Shown: positions 1 through 9,779 of the stretch, one piece after another
Numbering within the stretch: position 1 is the stretch's first letter
Layout: each line of letters starts with the position of its first letter
Program-made: the position numbers and the translations under genes
Notes under the pieces: generated by a model
What the model was told of the DNA's origin: nothing
Databases searched by the model: none
What the model saw: the letters and a program-made list of their open reading frames with translations, nothing else
Source: an uncultured Nitrososphaerota archaeon
GTDB taxonomy: Archaea > Thermoproteota > Nitrososphaeria > Conexivisphaerales > DTJL01
Length of the DNA stretch: 64,000 nt
NCBI GenBank assembly: GCA_963842885.1
Contig: CAWJIE010000003.1
Coordinates: 160,001 to 224,000, forward strand
Direction: 5' to 3'

Positions 1-1
1 C

Positions 2-154
2 GAGGCCGCTAGCATGCTGCTGAGGATCGACGACGTCATCGCATCATCCAAGCCGAAGGGAGGCCCAGGCGGCCCAGGCGGCCCAGGCGGAGGCATGGGC
101 GGCATGGGTGGTGGGATGGGCGGCATGGGCGGAATGGGCGGCATGGAAGACTAG
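2..154 (+). CDS. ths: Thermosome (group II chaperonin) subunit, C-terminal end (partial)
   Basis: Frame 2 reads EAASMLLRIDDVIASSKPKGGPGGPGGPGGGMGGMGGGMGGMGGMGGMED*; LLRIDDVI motif and GGM tail. Confidence 0.93.
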   Translation, partial: EAASMLLRIDDVIASSKPKGGPGGPGGPGGGMGGMGGGMGGMGGMGGMED

Positions 155-175
155 CCGCGCACCTTACCCTCGATC

Positions 176-197
176 CCTTTTCTTTCTCCTTGTTTTG
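176..197 (+). terminator. Pyrimidine/oligo-T tract after thermosome gene
   Basis: CCCTTTTCTTTCTCCTTGTTTT about 20 nt after the stop; archaeal oligo-dT terminator-like. Confidence 0.5.
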
Positions 198-369
198 CGC
201 ATGCTAGCCTAGGCTACGCCCTTGAGCGCAGGGCGAGGAAGATTCACTCCGCAAGCGACCGAGGTGCATGACCCGTCGTCCTTCTCCGTCGACAGCTTAA
301 GTGCGTCCTCTGCTACAAGGTTGACGAGGCGGGGCGAGTGCTTCCACGCGTTCGGGCGGGTCAATTTCA

Positions 370-1101
370 TTGAGGCGTCTGGCTCTCGTAGTGATTGCGG
401 GGATATTCCTGGCGGTGGCCGTCGGCTTCCTCGCCTGGCAGGAGCTGGTGCCATCTGGTCCGACAGGCAACAGTTCCTCAGGACTCGTCCTCAGCCAGGG
501 CTCATCGAGCGGAAGCGGGCCATGGACGCTGATTGTGCAGGGGTCCAACAGTGGCGGTTCGCCTTTCACGATATCCGCAGTCAGGGTTGACGGAACGGAC
601 TGTTCAGCCAAGGTGAGCTCGCCCACCCTCCCCATCGTCGTGCAGCCCGGTTCCTTCTTCTCCTTCTCCGTCGCGGTCGCCAGCGGCGGTGGGGTGACGT
701 ACTCCGCCGGCCAGGCCCTAGAGGTCGAGGTCGGCACCTCCGCCGGTGCCAGCGTTTCCACCCAGATTTCTCTCCCTGCCTCCGGGGGCTCCCCTGGAGG
801 AGGGGGTGGCGGTGGGGGTAACGAGGAGCTGATCCTGTCGGCCTCTGTCATAGGCGGAACCTTAAACGTCACGGTGCTCAACGAGAGCCCAGGATCCGTC
901 ACCGTGATGCAGGTCCACTTTAACGGCGTCCCCGCCTCCGTCACCTTCGGGTCGGGCTTCGGCCAGGGGGGCCAACTTGCGTCGGCCGCCTCCGGGACGT
1001 TCACCGTCTCGACCTCCGGCACGACTTCTGGGATACTCTACGACATAGTCGTCATCACCGCCGCCGGGAACAGCTTCCAGACCACCGTCACCTGGCCTTG
1101 A
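370..1101 (+). CDS. Membrane-anchored surface protein with two beta-rich domains joined by a poly-Gly linker
   Basis: N-terminal basic plus hydrophobic segment; S/T/G/V-rich; GGGGGGG linker; domains loosely resemble archaeal pilin-like globular domains. Confidence 0.7.
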   Translation: MRRLALVVIAGIFLAVAVGFLAWQELVPSGPTGNSSSGLVLSQGSSSGSGPWTLIVQGSNSGGSPFTISAVRVDGTDCSAKVSSPTLPIVVQPGSFFSFSVAVASGGGVTYSAGQALEVEVGTSAGASVSTQISLPASGGSPGGGGGGGGNEELILSASVIGGTLNVTVLNESPGSVTVMQVHFNGVPASVTFGSGFGQGGQLASAASGTFTVSTSGTTSGILYDIVVITAAGNSFQTTVTWP

Positions 1102-1203
1102 ACCGTAGTTTCCCGATAGTCCCTTAGGGTGATTGGCTCTAGACCTCACTGTCCGAAAAAGGGCGTTGATGTTCATGACAACCTCCCGGGGAGCCGGTAT
1201 CTG

Positions 1204-1710
1204 ATGTGGAACGCTGTCAAGGGCCACTTCACGAAGAGGAAGGCAGGCCTCTAGGTCGTCCGCCTGCTGATCGAGAACGGCATCAGGGTGGACGAAAACG
1301 GCCGCTTCTATGTCGCCGGCGCTGAGATCACAGACGTCAGCCTGGCAAGGGCCGCTGGAGTGGACAGGCGAGTGGTCCCTGACACTGTCGCCTACATCCT
1401 TGAAGACGAACAGATGAAGCCCATTTTCATGAACCTCAGGCCCGCCAGTGCGAGCGTCGTCGGCGTGGCCTCCCATCTGGGCTACCCGGTCCTCAGGGTG
1501 AACGCCGACCCTCACAAGTCGGGCATCCTCGCAGGAGTCTCGGATGTGCTCGCAAAGCACCACCTCTTGGTGAGACAGGCCCTGGCCGACGACCCCGACC
1601 TATGCCCCGAACCGGCGCTCACTCTCGTCATCGAGGGGCACGTCCCAGCCGAGGCAGTCGAAGGCATCCAACGTCTCCCGTACGTTTAGAGTATCACCAT
1701 ATTCAGATAG
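1204..1710 (+). pseudogene. ACT-domain regulator (COG2150-like) with two in-frame TAG codons
   Basis: MWNAVKGHFTKRKAGL*VVRLLIENGIRV...SLARAAGVDRRVV...RQALADDP...LPYV*SITIFR*; TAG at 1252 and 1687; 168 codons before the final stop. Confidence 0.7.
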
Positions 1711-1715
1711 GAAGG

Positions 1716-1867
1716 TCACGCCAGCAGCCGGTGAGCACAAACCGGTCCGGATGCTTCTTCTCGGGGGAGTCCAAGGCTTTCCTCATCGTGGAGCCCGTCA
1801 CGTCAACCTCCTTCATGTTCCCGGTGCGCTGCAGTAGCGGTCCCATCACGATGAATCTGGCGGCCAA
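1716..1867 (-). pseudogene. Remnant of MoaD/ThiS/SAMP ubiquitin-like protein (N-terminal half)
   Basis: MAARFIVMGPLLQRTGNMKEVDVTGSTMRKALDSPEKKHPD; no C-terminal GG. Confidence 0.4.
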
Positions 1868-1957
1868 TTGGCGCCTTCGATGTAACGCTTAACAAGAATC
1901 GACCATGGGCCCCCCTTCAGGTGGAATGACGAAAAGACGGGAGAGTCGCCCGGTCGG

Positions 1958-2563
1958 CTAGGACTGCTTCTCGAGCATCTTGGTGAAGGTCCAAAGGGTC
2001 GTGCTGAGGACCTCGTTGAGCCGGGCCTTGTCGTTGAAGTTCCTCACGGTCAGCTTGACGATCCTGCCGCCATCCTCCTGGAACTCGAATGAGAAGAGCT
2101 TGTCCTTCGCCAGCTTCCCTTGGGCGGCCGCTTCCTCGTCCGCGGTCCTCATCCCCCCCAGCACCTTGCCCACAAGGTATGAGTTGAAAGGAGGGGTCGT
2201 CGACCTGAGGACCACGTCCGTCACAGGGACGACGGTCACCTTGTTGCCCTGCACGTATGCGTTGGCGATCAGGTAGTTGTCCCTCTGCCTCTTCAGGGGC
2301 CTGGTCTCGCTCTCTTCAGCAGGTAGGCTCGCTTCGATCTGCTCCGGGGCCGCTTCTCTTACCGGCTCCCTTGGAACCACTGGGACCTCGGTCGCCTTGA
2401 CGAAGCTCCCCCTCTTGAGCTGCTCGTCGACCAAAGACAGGGTCTGCTTGGTGAGCTCCAGCTCCTCCTCCAGACCCTTGATCTTATCCTCCAACCACTG
2501 GCGCAGGTCAGCCATACGCCTGACGTCCTCTTGGCTGCTCACGCCCTTCCACACGACATACAA
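1958..2563 (-). CDS. Hypothetical protein with N-terminal coiled coil
   Basis: 201-aa ORF with core-like codon usage; heptad-rich N-terminus. Confidence 0.75.
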   Translation of the reverse strand: MYVVWKGVSSQEDVRRMADLRQWLEDKIKGLEEELELTKQTLSLVDEQLKRGSFVKATEVPVVPREPVREAAPEQIEASLPAEESETRPLKRQRDNYLIANAYVQGNKVTVVPVTDVVLRSTTPPFNSYLVGKVLGGMRTADEEAAAQGKLAKDKLFSFEFQEDGGRIVKLTVRNFNDKARLNEVLSTTLWTFTKMLEKQS

Positions 2564-2638
2564 CGGTTATAGCCTTTTTCAGCAATAGTCCCCAACGGAG
2601 GGCGATCAACGCCAGCGCGACTGCGCGGCACGACGCGA

Positions 2639-3679
2639 CTAGGACTGGGAAAGGAGCTCTGCGGCCTTCTTCGCTATGGCCCCGGCCATCTCCTTCGTCC
2701 CTGCAGTGCCCTTGAGGTCGTAGGTCAGGACTTTCCCTTCAGACACGATCGAATCCACAGCCGAAAAGATGGAGGCCCCCTTCTTCGCCTCTCCCAGGTA
2801 CTTGAGCATCCAGGCGCCCGAAAGGACCGTGGCCACGGGGTTTACCTTGTCGAGCCCCTTGTACTTCGGACTGCTTCCGTGGGCGGGCTCGAACATGGCG
2901 TACCTGTCGCCGATGTTGGCCGAGTACACCATCCCAATGCTGCCTATGAGTCCCGAAGCCTCCTCCGTGAGCACGTCCATGAACAGGTTCGTGCCCACGA
3001 TGACCTTCTGGTTGAATATCTGCGGATTCTTCACCAGCTGCTGAGCGAAGTTGTCTATGAAGTACTCCTCCATCTCAACGCCGGGGAACTCCTTCCCCAC
3101 CGTCCTGAACACCTCGAGCCAGAGTCCGTCGGTGACCTTCAGTATGTTGGCCTTGTTTATCGCGACGATCTTCCGCCAACCACTCTCGGCGGCCTCCTTG
3201 AACGCGAACCGGATGACCTTCTCGCTGGACTTCCTGGTCACCTTGCGCACTGCTGCGGCCGCGTCGTCGCCCAGCTTGAACTCGATGCCTGAGTACAGGC
3301 CCTCGGTGCCCTCTCGGACGAAGAACATGTCGACCGCCCCCAGCGGCCCTTCCCAGCCCTTGTAGGTCTTGACCGGCCTTACGTTGGCGTAGAGGTCGAA
3401 CCTTTGCCTGATGCTTACGGCCACGCTCCGCGGCGTGTTCGGCCCGGGCTCGGTCGTAGTGGGTCCTTTCAGACATGCGTCGCTGTCCTCGAGGACGTCC
3501 CATGTCTCCCTGGGGATGTAGCTGTCAGAGTGAGCGGCATGGAAGTACTCCGCGCCACCTTCGCAGGGGATGAATTCAATGCTGTCGGTGGCCCCGACGG
3601 CCTTGAAAACCTCCATCGTCGCATCGACCAGCTCGGGCCCAGTGCCGTCTCCTCGAATAACGGCGACCTTCTTCGCCAT
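2639..3679 (-). CDS. Isocitrate/isopropylmalate dehydrogenase family protein
   Basis: GDGTGPE, LRQ/IRQRFDLYANVRP, KANIL, FEPAHGS, NP motifs. Confidence 0.93.
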   Translation of the reverse strand: MAKKVAVIRGDGTGPELVDATMEVFKAVGATDSIEFIPCEGGAEYFHAAHSDSYIPRETWDVLEDSDACLKGPTTTEPGPNTPRSVAVSIRQRFDLYANVRPVKTYKGWEGPLGAVDMFFVREGTEGLYSGIEFKLGDDAAAAVRKVTRKSSEKVIRFAFKEAAESGWRKIVAINKANILKVTDGLWLEVFRTVGKEFPGVEMEEYFIDNFAQQLVKNPQIFNQKVIVGTNLFMDVLTEEASGLIGSIGMVYSANIGDRYAMFEPAHGSSPKYKGLDKVNPVATVLSGAWMLKYLGEAKKGASIFSAVDSIVSEGKVLTYDLKGTAGTKEMAGAIAKKAAELLSQS

Positions 3680-4196
3680 CTAGCTCATCGTTCTTCACGT
3701 GTTTTCGGCGGGTTAATATTAATTGCTGACTAGACAACCTATGAATAGAAAATGGGTTTACCGTGAGATGGACGGATAGCCGCAGGAGACGCACCATATT
3801 CGGGAGCAAAGGAAGCAGAATATCTGACTTAGTGTATGACTTGTATCGGCAACAATAACCTTTGTGTCTGGCTGCGTTTCTTCCAAGCGCGATCGACCAC
3901 CTGAATCAGACAACCAATGTGGATGGCAGGAGGCCGAAGGCTCGCTAAAGAAGGTCCCTGACACCCTGACCCAGTGTACCCAGACCACCTTTCAGGAAGC
4001 TCGGTCGTCTCAAGTCTCTTTAAAAATACAAAACACAATTGTCTAGACTGTAGCTTGGGCAAATCGATTTTGTGTCTTCGAGGGGTTTCCTGTGCTATGC
4101 AGTCCGATTCAGATTCGCGGCTATTCTGTTCGTTGGCTTCAAAAGGCCTCACGGCATGAAGCTACTCAGAGAGTTGAGGCGCGGCATGATTGACCC

Positions 4197-5163
4197 CTAT
4201 GCCTTCGCCGGCTCTTGTATCTTCAACGCCATCTTCAGCCCCTTGTATCTATTCCTAATGGTGACTTCCGTGACAGCCGCAGCCTCGGCGATGTCCTTCT
4301 GAGTCTTGTTCTCGCCTTCAAGCACGCAGGCTACGTAGAGGGCTGCCGCAGCCAGTCCCATGGGGTCCTTTCCTGCGCTCGTCCTGGATTCGATGGCCTT
4401 CTTCAATATGCCCACCGCGCGCCTCTGCGTCCTCTCAGTAAGGCCTGACTTGCTGGCGATCCTGGAGACACATTTCACGGGGTCCGTCACGGGCATCCTC
4501 AGCTCAAGCTCACGTAGGAGGAGCCGATAACATCTAGCCACGTCCTTCTTCTTCATGCCGCTGGCAGCCGCAACGTCTTTCAAGGTCCTCGGGGTCTCCG
4601 TCACCCTGCAGGCGGCGTAGGTGGACGCTGCGATGAGGGCACCGATGCTCCTTCCCCTCACGAGGCCCTTATCCAGGGCCTTCCTGTAGATGTAGGCAGA
4701 CCTTTCGACGACGACGTCGGAGATGCTCAGCTTGTCGGCCAACCTGTCCAGTTCGCTGAAGGCCTGGCGCAAGTTCCTGTCCACAGGTTCGTGGACCTGG
4801 CTCCTCCCGTCCCAGGTCCTGAGCCGCTCGATGGCCGACCTGACGCTGCCAGCCAGGTTCTTACCGGAGGCATCCCTGTTCTCCGAGCCGATGACGGTGG
4901 CCAGGCCCATGTCGTGCATAGCAAGCGATGCGGGGATCCCCACCCTGCTCCTGCTCTCCTTCTCTTCGGCGGTGAAGGATCGCCACTCCGGACCCGTCTC
5001 CTCGATCCGCTCCTTGGTTACGAACCCGCACGAATTGCAGACCATTTCACCCCTAGCCGAGTCGACGACCGTGGCTCGCCTGCCGCAACGTGGGCAGCGC
5101 TCCGTCTGCGCGTTCTGATCGCTGGGAAACAGCTTTCTTCTGGAGGACAGAACAAGTCACCAA
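4197..5163 (-). CDS. tfb: Transcription initiation factor IIB (TFB-1); probable 1-nt frameshift near 5104 in the N-terminus
   Basis: CPRC...CNSCG zinc ribbon, GPEWRSF, GKDPMGLAAA, VTEVTIRNRYK; the in-frame ATG at 5045 would lose the first CxxC. Confidence 0.92.
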
Positions 5164-5191
5164 AAAGTGGTCGACGCCTATGGCTGATCTC

Positions 5192-5749
5192 CTAGTACAC
5201 CATCAGCCCTTCGTTTTCAAGAAGCGTATGGAGCTTGCTGACGGCTTCGTAGACCTCCTCCTCCTTCTTGGCGCCCGTACACACCAACTTCCCGCTGGCG
5301 AAGACCAGGATGACCGTCTTCGGCTCGAGCATCCTGTGTATCAGGCCGGGGAACTGCTCGGGCTCGTACAAGCTCCGAGTCAGCTTCAGGGCGGCCTCCT
5401 CCAGCTTGACCCTCCCTCCTAGGCTGACCGACGCGACTATGTTCTGAATCTCCATCTCCGGCTCGTTCTGTATCTTGATTCCCGACTTCCTCAGGTTCTG
5501 CACCACCGTCTGGACCGCCTTGAAAGCCTGTTCTTCGCTCTTCGCACCGGTGCACACCATCTTCCCGGTCCTGAAGATCAGCGTGCAGGTCTTGGGCGCC
5601 TTCAGGCGGAAGGCCAACCCTGGGAACACCTGCGGGTTGTACTCCACGTCGGGAAAGAGCCTAGTAATCTCGCTCAGGTCTATGGGTTGGTTGACCCCAC
5701 CCGAGGCTACCACGTTCTCGATAGAAATGAGCGGGGTGGTCTTCGGCAT
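5192..5749 (-). CDS. tbp: TATA-box binding protein (TBP-1), 185 aa
   Basis: IENVVAS, FPGL, GKMVCTGAKS, QNIVAS, YEPEQFPGL; ATG at 5749. Confidence 0.96.
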   Translation of the reverse strand: MPKTTPLISIENVVASGGVNQPIDLSEITRLFPDVEYNPQVFPGLAFRLKAPKTCTLIFRTGKMVCTGAKSEEQAFKAVQTVVQNLRKSGIKIQNEPEMEIQNIVASVSLGGRVKLEEAALKLTRSLYEPEQFPGLIHRMLEPKTVILVFASGKLVCTGAKKEEEVYEAVSKLHTLLENEGLMVY

Positions 5750-5778
5750 GCAAATCGGCAGTTCGTTCGTAGACCCTA

Positions 5779-5786
5779 CATATAAG
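5779..5786 (-). promoter_or_regulatory. TATA box of tbp-1/tfb-1
   Basis: CTTATATG about 30 nt upstream of the ATG. Confidence 0.55.
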
Positions 5787-5809
5787 GACGAGCGTCGAGG
5801 GATTCTGCT

Positions 5810-6010
5810 GACCAATCTGCTCGGTAACCAAAGGGCCATCTTTCGCGCTGTCTTCTGGATGGTGGGCGAATATGGAATGTCCCTGTCAAGCTTCAGCAAG
5901 TCCTCAACCTCCGACGGTGATATTGCGAGGTAGTCGTCCTCTGCCCTCTCCCGTTCCTTGCAAAGGCCCTTCCCGAAGCTGAACGCCACGACCGTCCGCC
6001 AATTCTTGCC
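5810..6010 (-). pseudogene. Remnant resembling the C-terminal Mrr-like endonuclease domain of methylase-endonuclease fusions
   Basis: VVAFSFGKGLCKERERAEDDYLAISPSEVEDLL resembles the recalled VAFSFGKGAYEE...VEDLL pattern. Confidence 0.4.
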
Positions 6011-6320
6011 AGCCGTATCTGCGCCTTCGTGGGCATCGCCTTCGTCCTGGTGCATCTCCTGAAGGGGAGCAGCAGCCTGATGATGGCCTCCATTTCCGTG
6101 TTCCTGGCCCTGGTCCTGTTCTGGGGCTTCGCGGCGAACGCCCTCATCGCCGAACCCTTCCTAAGCTCGCTGCATTAAAGGGCGTGCCCTACGCATTCCG
6201 TTCTGCCAGGACCGAGGGAATCAAGGCAACATCGTGGACCTAGCAGCAATCGTAGCTTGCCCCATGTGGGCCGTTATTGTGAACGTGATTCTGAACCTTA
6301 TTCGAGGTTCCAAGCGCTCT

Positions 6321-7055
6321 TCACTCCTTCACGATTACGGCTATGTACAGAGAGTTTCCTGAATCCAAGTATTTCTCCACCTTCCACCCAGTCCCCGCCA
6401 GCATCCTCTCCATTTCTGCCTTCGAGACGAAAAGGTAATCGAACCAAGGAGTAGCGTATTTCAGGTATCGCACGCGAATGCGAATCTGGCCCGCCCTCCT
6501 TTCCCTTTCCAAATTCTGCTTATGATACGACAGATGGGACGGATCAGATTTCCTGTACGGGTCTATGACTTCGGCTATTATTCTGGCCTCGGCGGTGGTC
6601 ATGGCGTGGAACCTCCTTAGCAACCAGCGCGCTCGCTTGAAGTTCCCAAAGAGCCCGAAGTTGTTGCCCAGCATTATTATGGTGTCGAACCTGCCCAGCT
6701 TCGAGGAAAGCCTCGTAATGGGAATGACCTTGACGTTCCTCACCCCTCTTATTTCGCAGACCTTGACCGCCAGCGGAGATGCGTCGGTGCCAAGGACTTG
6801 GAGCCCCTTTCTTTGAAGGTAGAGGGAATGGCGGCCTGCTCCACACCCGACATCCAGGACTCTCCCCCTCACGAAGCGCATGGCCTTCCGTTCTATCTCT
6901 GGCCAGTCCTTGTACTCGGAGAAGTATACCCTGGCTGCGTTGGTGACGTCGAAATAGCCGTCGTTCCTCTCAATGATTTCGAAACTTCCTTTGGACTTCA
7001 GGTAGTCGTAGAGGATGTGTCCAAAGGCGTCCTGCTGGTCCTTGATCAAGCCCAT
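6321..7055 (-). CDS. Class I SAM-dependent methyltransferase
   Basis: VLDVGCGAGRH, GTDAS, FDTIIMLGNNFG. Confidence 0.9.
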   Translation of the reverse strand: MGLIKDQQDAFGHILYDYLKSKGSFEIIERNDGYFDVTNAARVYFSEYKDWPEIERKAMRFVRGRVLDVGCGAGRHSLYLQRKGLQVLGTDASPLAVKVCEIRGVRNVKVIPITRLSSKLGRFDTIIMLGNNFGLFGNFKRARWLLRRFHAMTTAEARIIAEVIDPYRKSDPSHLSYHKQNLERERRAGQIRIRVRYLKYATPWFDYLFVSKAEMERMLAGTGWKVEKYLDSGNSLYIAVIVKE

Positions 7056-7561
7056 TCCCTCGATATTGGGAAAGTTCAGGATATAAGTGAGAGCGTGCCC
7101 ACTTGCTCTAGAAGCTTTTTTGCGTAGCTTTTAAGAGGATATCGCTTTCGACGTGGAGGGCATCGTCTTTGACGAGTGCTTCGGGCGTTTCTCGAAGGAC
7201 TTGGGGCGACCTACGTGCCTGGGATAGGCTACGTTTTCATCTCATAGACTCTTTTTCGGAATCTCCTGACGGCTTCTGAACGGTATCCTTCCTCCCCCCA
7301 ACGGTGTTTCTCCTCAGCCACAAGCTCCCTTTAGTAGCCTGCCCAAAGAAGACGGAAGGCAGTCAGAAGGAGGCCCAAGTGACCCTCTTTAAGTCGGCTT
7401 TCACCTTCGGCTGGACTCAGAAGGACATTCAGAGCCGCCGAAAGATCTTCCGTCAGAGTGTTTTTCTCTTGTGGACGAAGTATTCGTAAGTCAGTCTTGG
7501 AGCCACATCAGTCGCAACTGTAACGATAATAAGACGAGTCTGGTAGCTTTAGGGGTCAGAC

Positions 7562-7993
7562 ATGAAAGAGAAGAAGATAGTCCTTGTAGCCCATGATTCC
7601 AAGAAGAGAAGCATGGTCGAATGGGTGGCCTACAACAAAGAGACCTTGAAGGAGTTCGAAATATGGGCCACGGAGAGCACAGGGAGGATGGTCATGAAAG
7701 AAAGTGGCTTGCCAGTGAACCTCCTTCTCTCTGGGCCTCTAGGTGGCGACGCCCAAGTAGGCACGATGACCGCTGAAGGAAGGGTTGACATAATCATATT
7801 CTTCTGGGATCCTCTGACTCCTCAACCTCACGATGTAGATGTGAAGACCCTCTTACGTCTGGCGGTATTATATGATGTTCCCATTGCCTGCAATCGGAGT
7901 ACTGCCGATTTCATCATTTCTTCTTCTATGTTCAGAGACTGGAAGCATTATACAGATGAGCGCAAGAGATTGAAGAGAGGACTTACTTCCTGA
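7562..7993 (+). CDS. mgsA: Methylglyoxal synthase
   Basis: LVAHDSKK, SGPLGGDAQVG, FFWDPLTPQPHDVDVKTLLRLA. Confidence 0.95.
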   Translation: MKEKKIVLVAHDSKKRSMVEWVAYNKETLKEFEIWATESTGRMVMKESGLPVNLLLSGPLGGDAQVGTMTAEGRVDIIIFFWDPLTPQPHDVDVKTLLRLAVLYDVPIACNRSTADFIISSSMFRDWKHYTDERKRLKRGLTS

Positions 7994-8250
7994 CCGTATA
8001 CTCGACGGTGTATCCCTTGTCATCCGTCGAGAGGAATTTCAGGGTCGAAATCTGACCGCGCTTCTCTTCGTCATCGGCATATCCGAGTTCCTTGAGCTTC
8101 AGTATATCGAATCCCGAAAGGTCTGCGTAGTCGATCGCAGGCTCCGTGAATCGCCCTATCTCCTTTGTCCTGAGTAGCTCTGTCACAGATGTTACGGTGC
8201 TCTTCTCGGAGCCGGGCTCCTTGGTCCCGGGCAGAAGAATCTGGGAACGC
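7983..8250 (-). pseudogene. C-terminal fragment of an unknown gene
   Basis: Coding-like frame TELLRTKEIGRFTEPAIDY...YTVEYTVRK* without a credible start. Confidence 0.35.
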
Positions 8251-8268
8251 CGGGAAGCTCCCCGGGGG

Positions 8269-8643
8269 TCAAGGGAAGAGGGCCCTCCTCACGCTTTCCA
8301 CGCAGCCTGGCATCGCCTCATAAAGCTCGTGCTCCCAGAACTCCAAGAGGGTCCATCCGTCACGCCTGAGCGACTCCCTGACCCTCGCGTCCCGTTCGAC
8401 GTTCAGGGCGAACTTGCGCTCCCAGAACCCGGTGTGCGTCTTGGGCAGTTCGAGTCTGCAGATGGGGCACCTGTGCCATAAGCAGCCATGGACTTCGACG
8501 GCCACCCACTTCGAAGGGAACGCCACGTCCACATGCGTCGTGCCGATGCGGTAGTTCACCCTGAAGCCGAATATCCCCGATTTCTGCAACGCTCGTCTCA
8601 GCAGTAGCTCGGGCTTGGTGTCGCGGCCTCGGTTAGCCACCAT
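8269..8643 (-). CDS. vsr: Very short patch repair endonuclease
   Basis: DTKPELLLRRAL, DVAF, VHGCLWH, FWERKFALNVERD, WEHE. Confidence 0.92.
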   Translation of the reverse strand: MVANRGRDTKPELLLRRALQKSGIFGFRVNYRIGTTHVDVAFPSKWVAVEVHGCLWHRCPICRLELPKTHTGFWERKFALNVERDARVRESLRRDGWTLLEFWEHELYEAMPGCVESVRRALFP

Positions 8644-9190
8644 TTCCTTGTGTGCGCGCTTGGTCGTATAGCTTCCTCACTTTCTCTTCTTCTGACGCGT
8701 AATCGGACAACTTCGAAAATGAAGTCGTAGTGCCATAATTATGTCTTTCAGATATGGGTCGCAAACTACCCGCTGAAGTAGTCCTCCTTATTGTACAGCG
8801 TACTCGCCACACTTGGGATATCTTTCGGAAACGCTGTCTATCATCGCGATTCTGAAGCATGCCGGGTCAGAGAATTGGTGGAGTCCGCTATATCTCCAGA
8901 TGGACCTGAACCACGCGGTCGATCTGCTTTCCCGCCTTAGTCATCTTGAACTCTATCAGGAATATCGCGCTGCGCACTTGGACGAACCTATGGGCGGCTA
9001 CTCGTTTCTGCCTCATAGCCACTCCCCGATATGTCACCGTAGTCCCCTCCTTGGCCTCGACTTTCGACTTTACAGCCGCGACACATAGATTGAAGAGGGT
9101 CCCTTGTGGAAAGCCCAACGTTCCGTCAAGAAATTCAAGGTAATCCTTCGATGTAAGATGGGTTTCCTTTGGTCCAGGATACCTCCCCAT
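8633..9190 (-). pseudogene. Fragmented hypothetical gene upstream of vsr
   Basis: Two short same-strand ORFs (8888-9190, 8633-8860) in lower-GC DNA; no family recognised. Confidence 0.3.
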
Positions 9191-9779
9191 ATCCCTTTAG
9201 ATAGACTTCAATGCTAATCAGCTTTTGCCTTTCTTCCCTTCTCCTACTGGGCCTCGGGGCCTTTCAAGAACTTCGACATCCTTTCATTCCCTCCTTTCAG
9301 TTTCAGGCCCGCTTAGAGAGACGCCCGCTGTACCCAAGCCAACTTCAGGCTCTCCCGAATAGTCCGCTGGATGGCACGTCTTTGTCAGCCCGATTCAGAT
9401 TCCCCGATGACCAGAGCTGGGGTGTGACACGCGGCGCCGAAATCCACGCCGACGGACCCATCACGACAGCCATCCCTCCGCGTCCACCTTGCGCCAAGAT
9501 GAGAGACCGAAGCACTTGGGTCTTTGCTTTGGACGCTGTAATGTGGTCTTCGGTTGATGGAGCGCGAAACCTGTTCATCATCAACCGACGACTTCACAAG
9601 GCCCTCTACAAAGACCTTATAGATGGGAACAGCGCCGAGAAGAACTTACAAAGAGAGTTGTGGAGCGAAAATAGCTGTGCAAGGCAAGTCTTCAGGCGCT
9701 CTAACATCGAGATACCTAGTCTGAAGGACGTTAACTGGTTGCGATTCTGCAGAGAGCAACTCAAGCCGATGGATCAGGC

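Noticed and set aside
58-150. Tandem GGCCCAGGC and GGCATGGGC repeats
   Set aside because: Coding GPG/GGM tail typical of chaperonins
3700-4190. AT-richer intergenic stretch as an ncRNA or gene
   Set aside because: No recognisable tRNA/sRNA structure or credible ORF
5750-6055. N-terminally extended 287-aa TBP
   Set aside because: A TATA box and ATG at 5749 match TBP-2; the extension is an unrelated remnant in frame by chance
6279-6316. Possible sixth copy of the border repeat (GTGAACGT...TTCGAGGTTCCAAGC)
   Set aside because: Needs several gaps; may be just a hairpin at the methyltransferase 3' end
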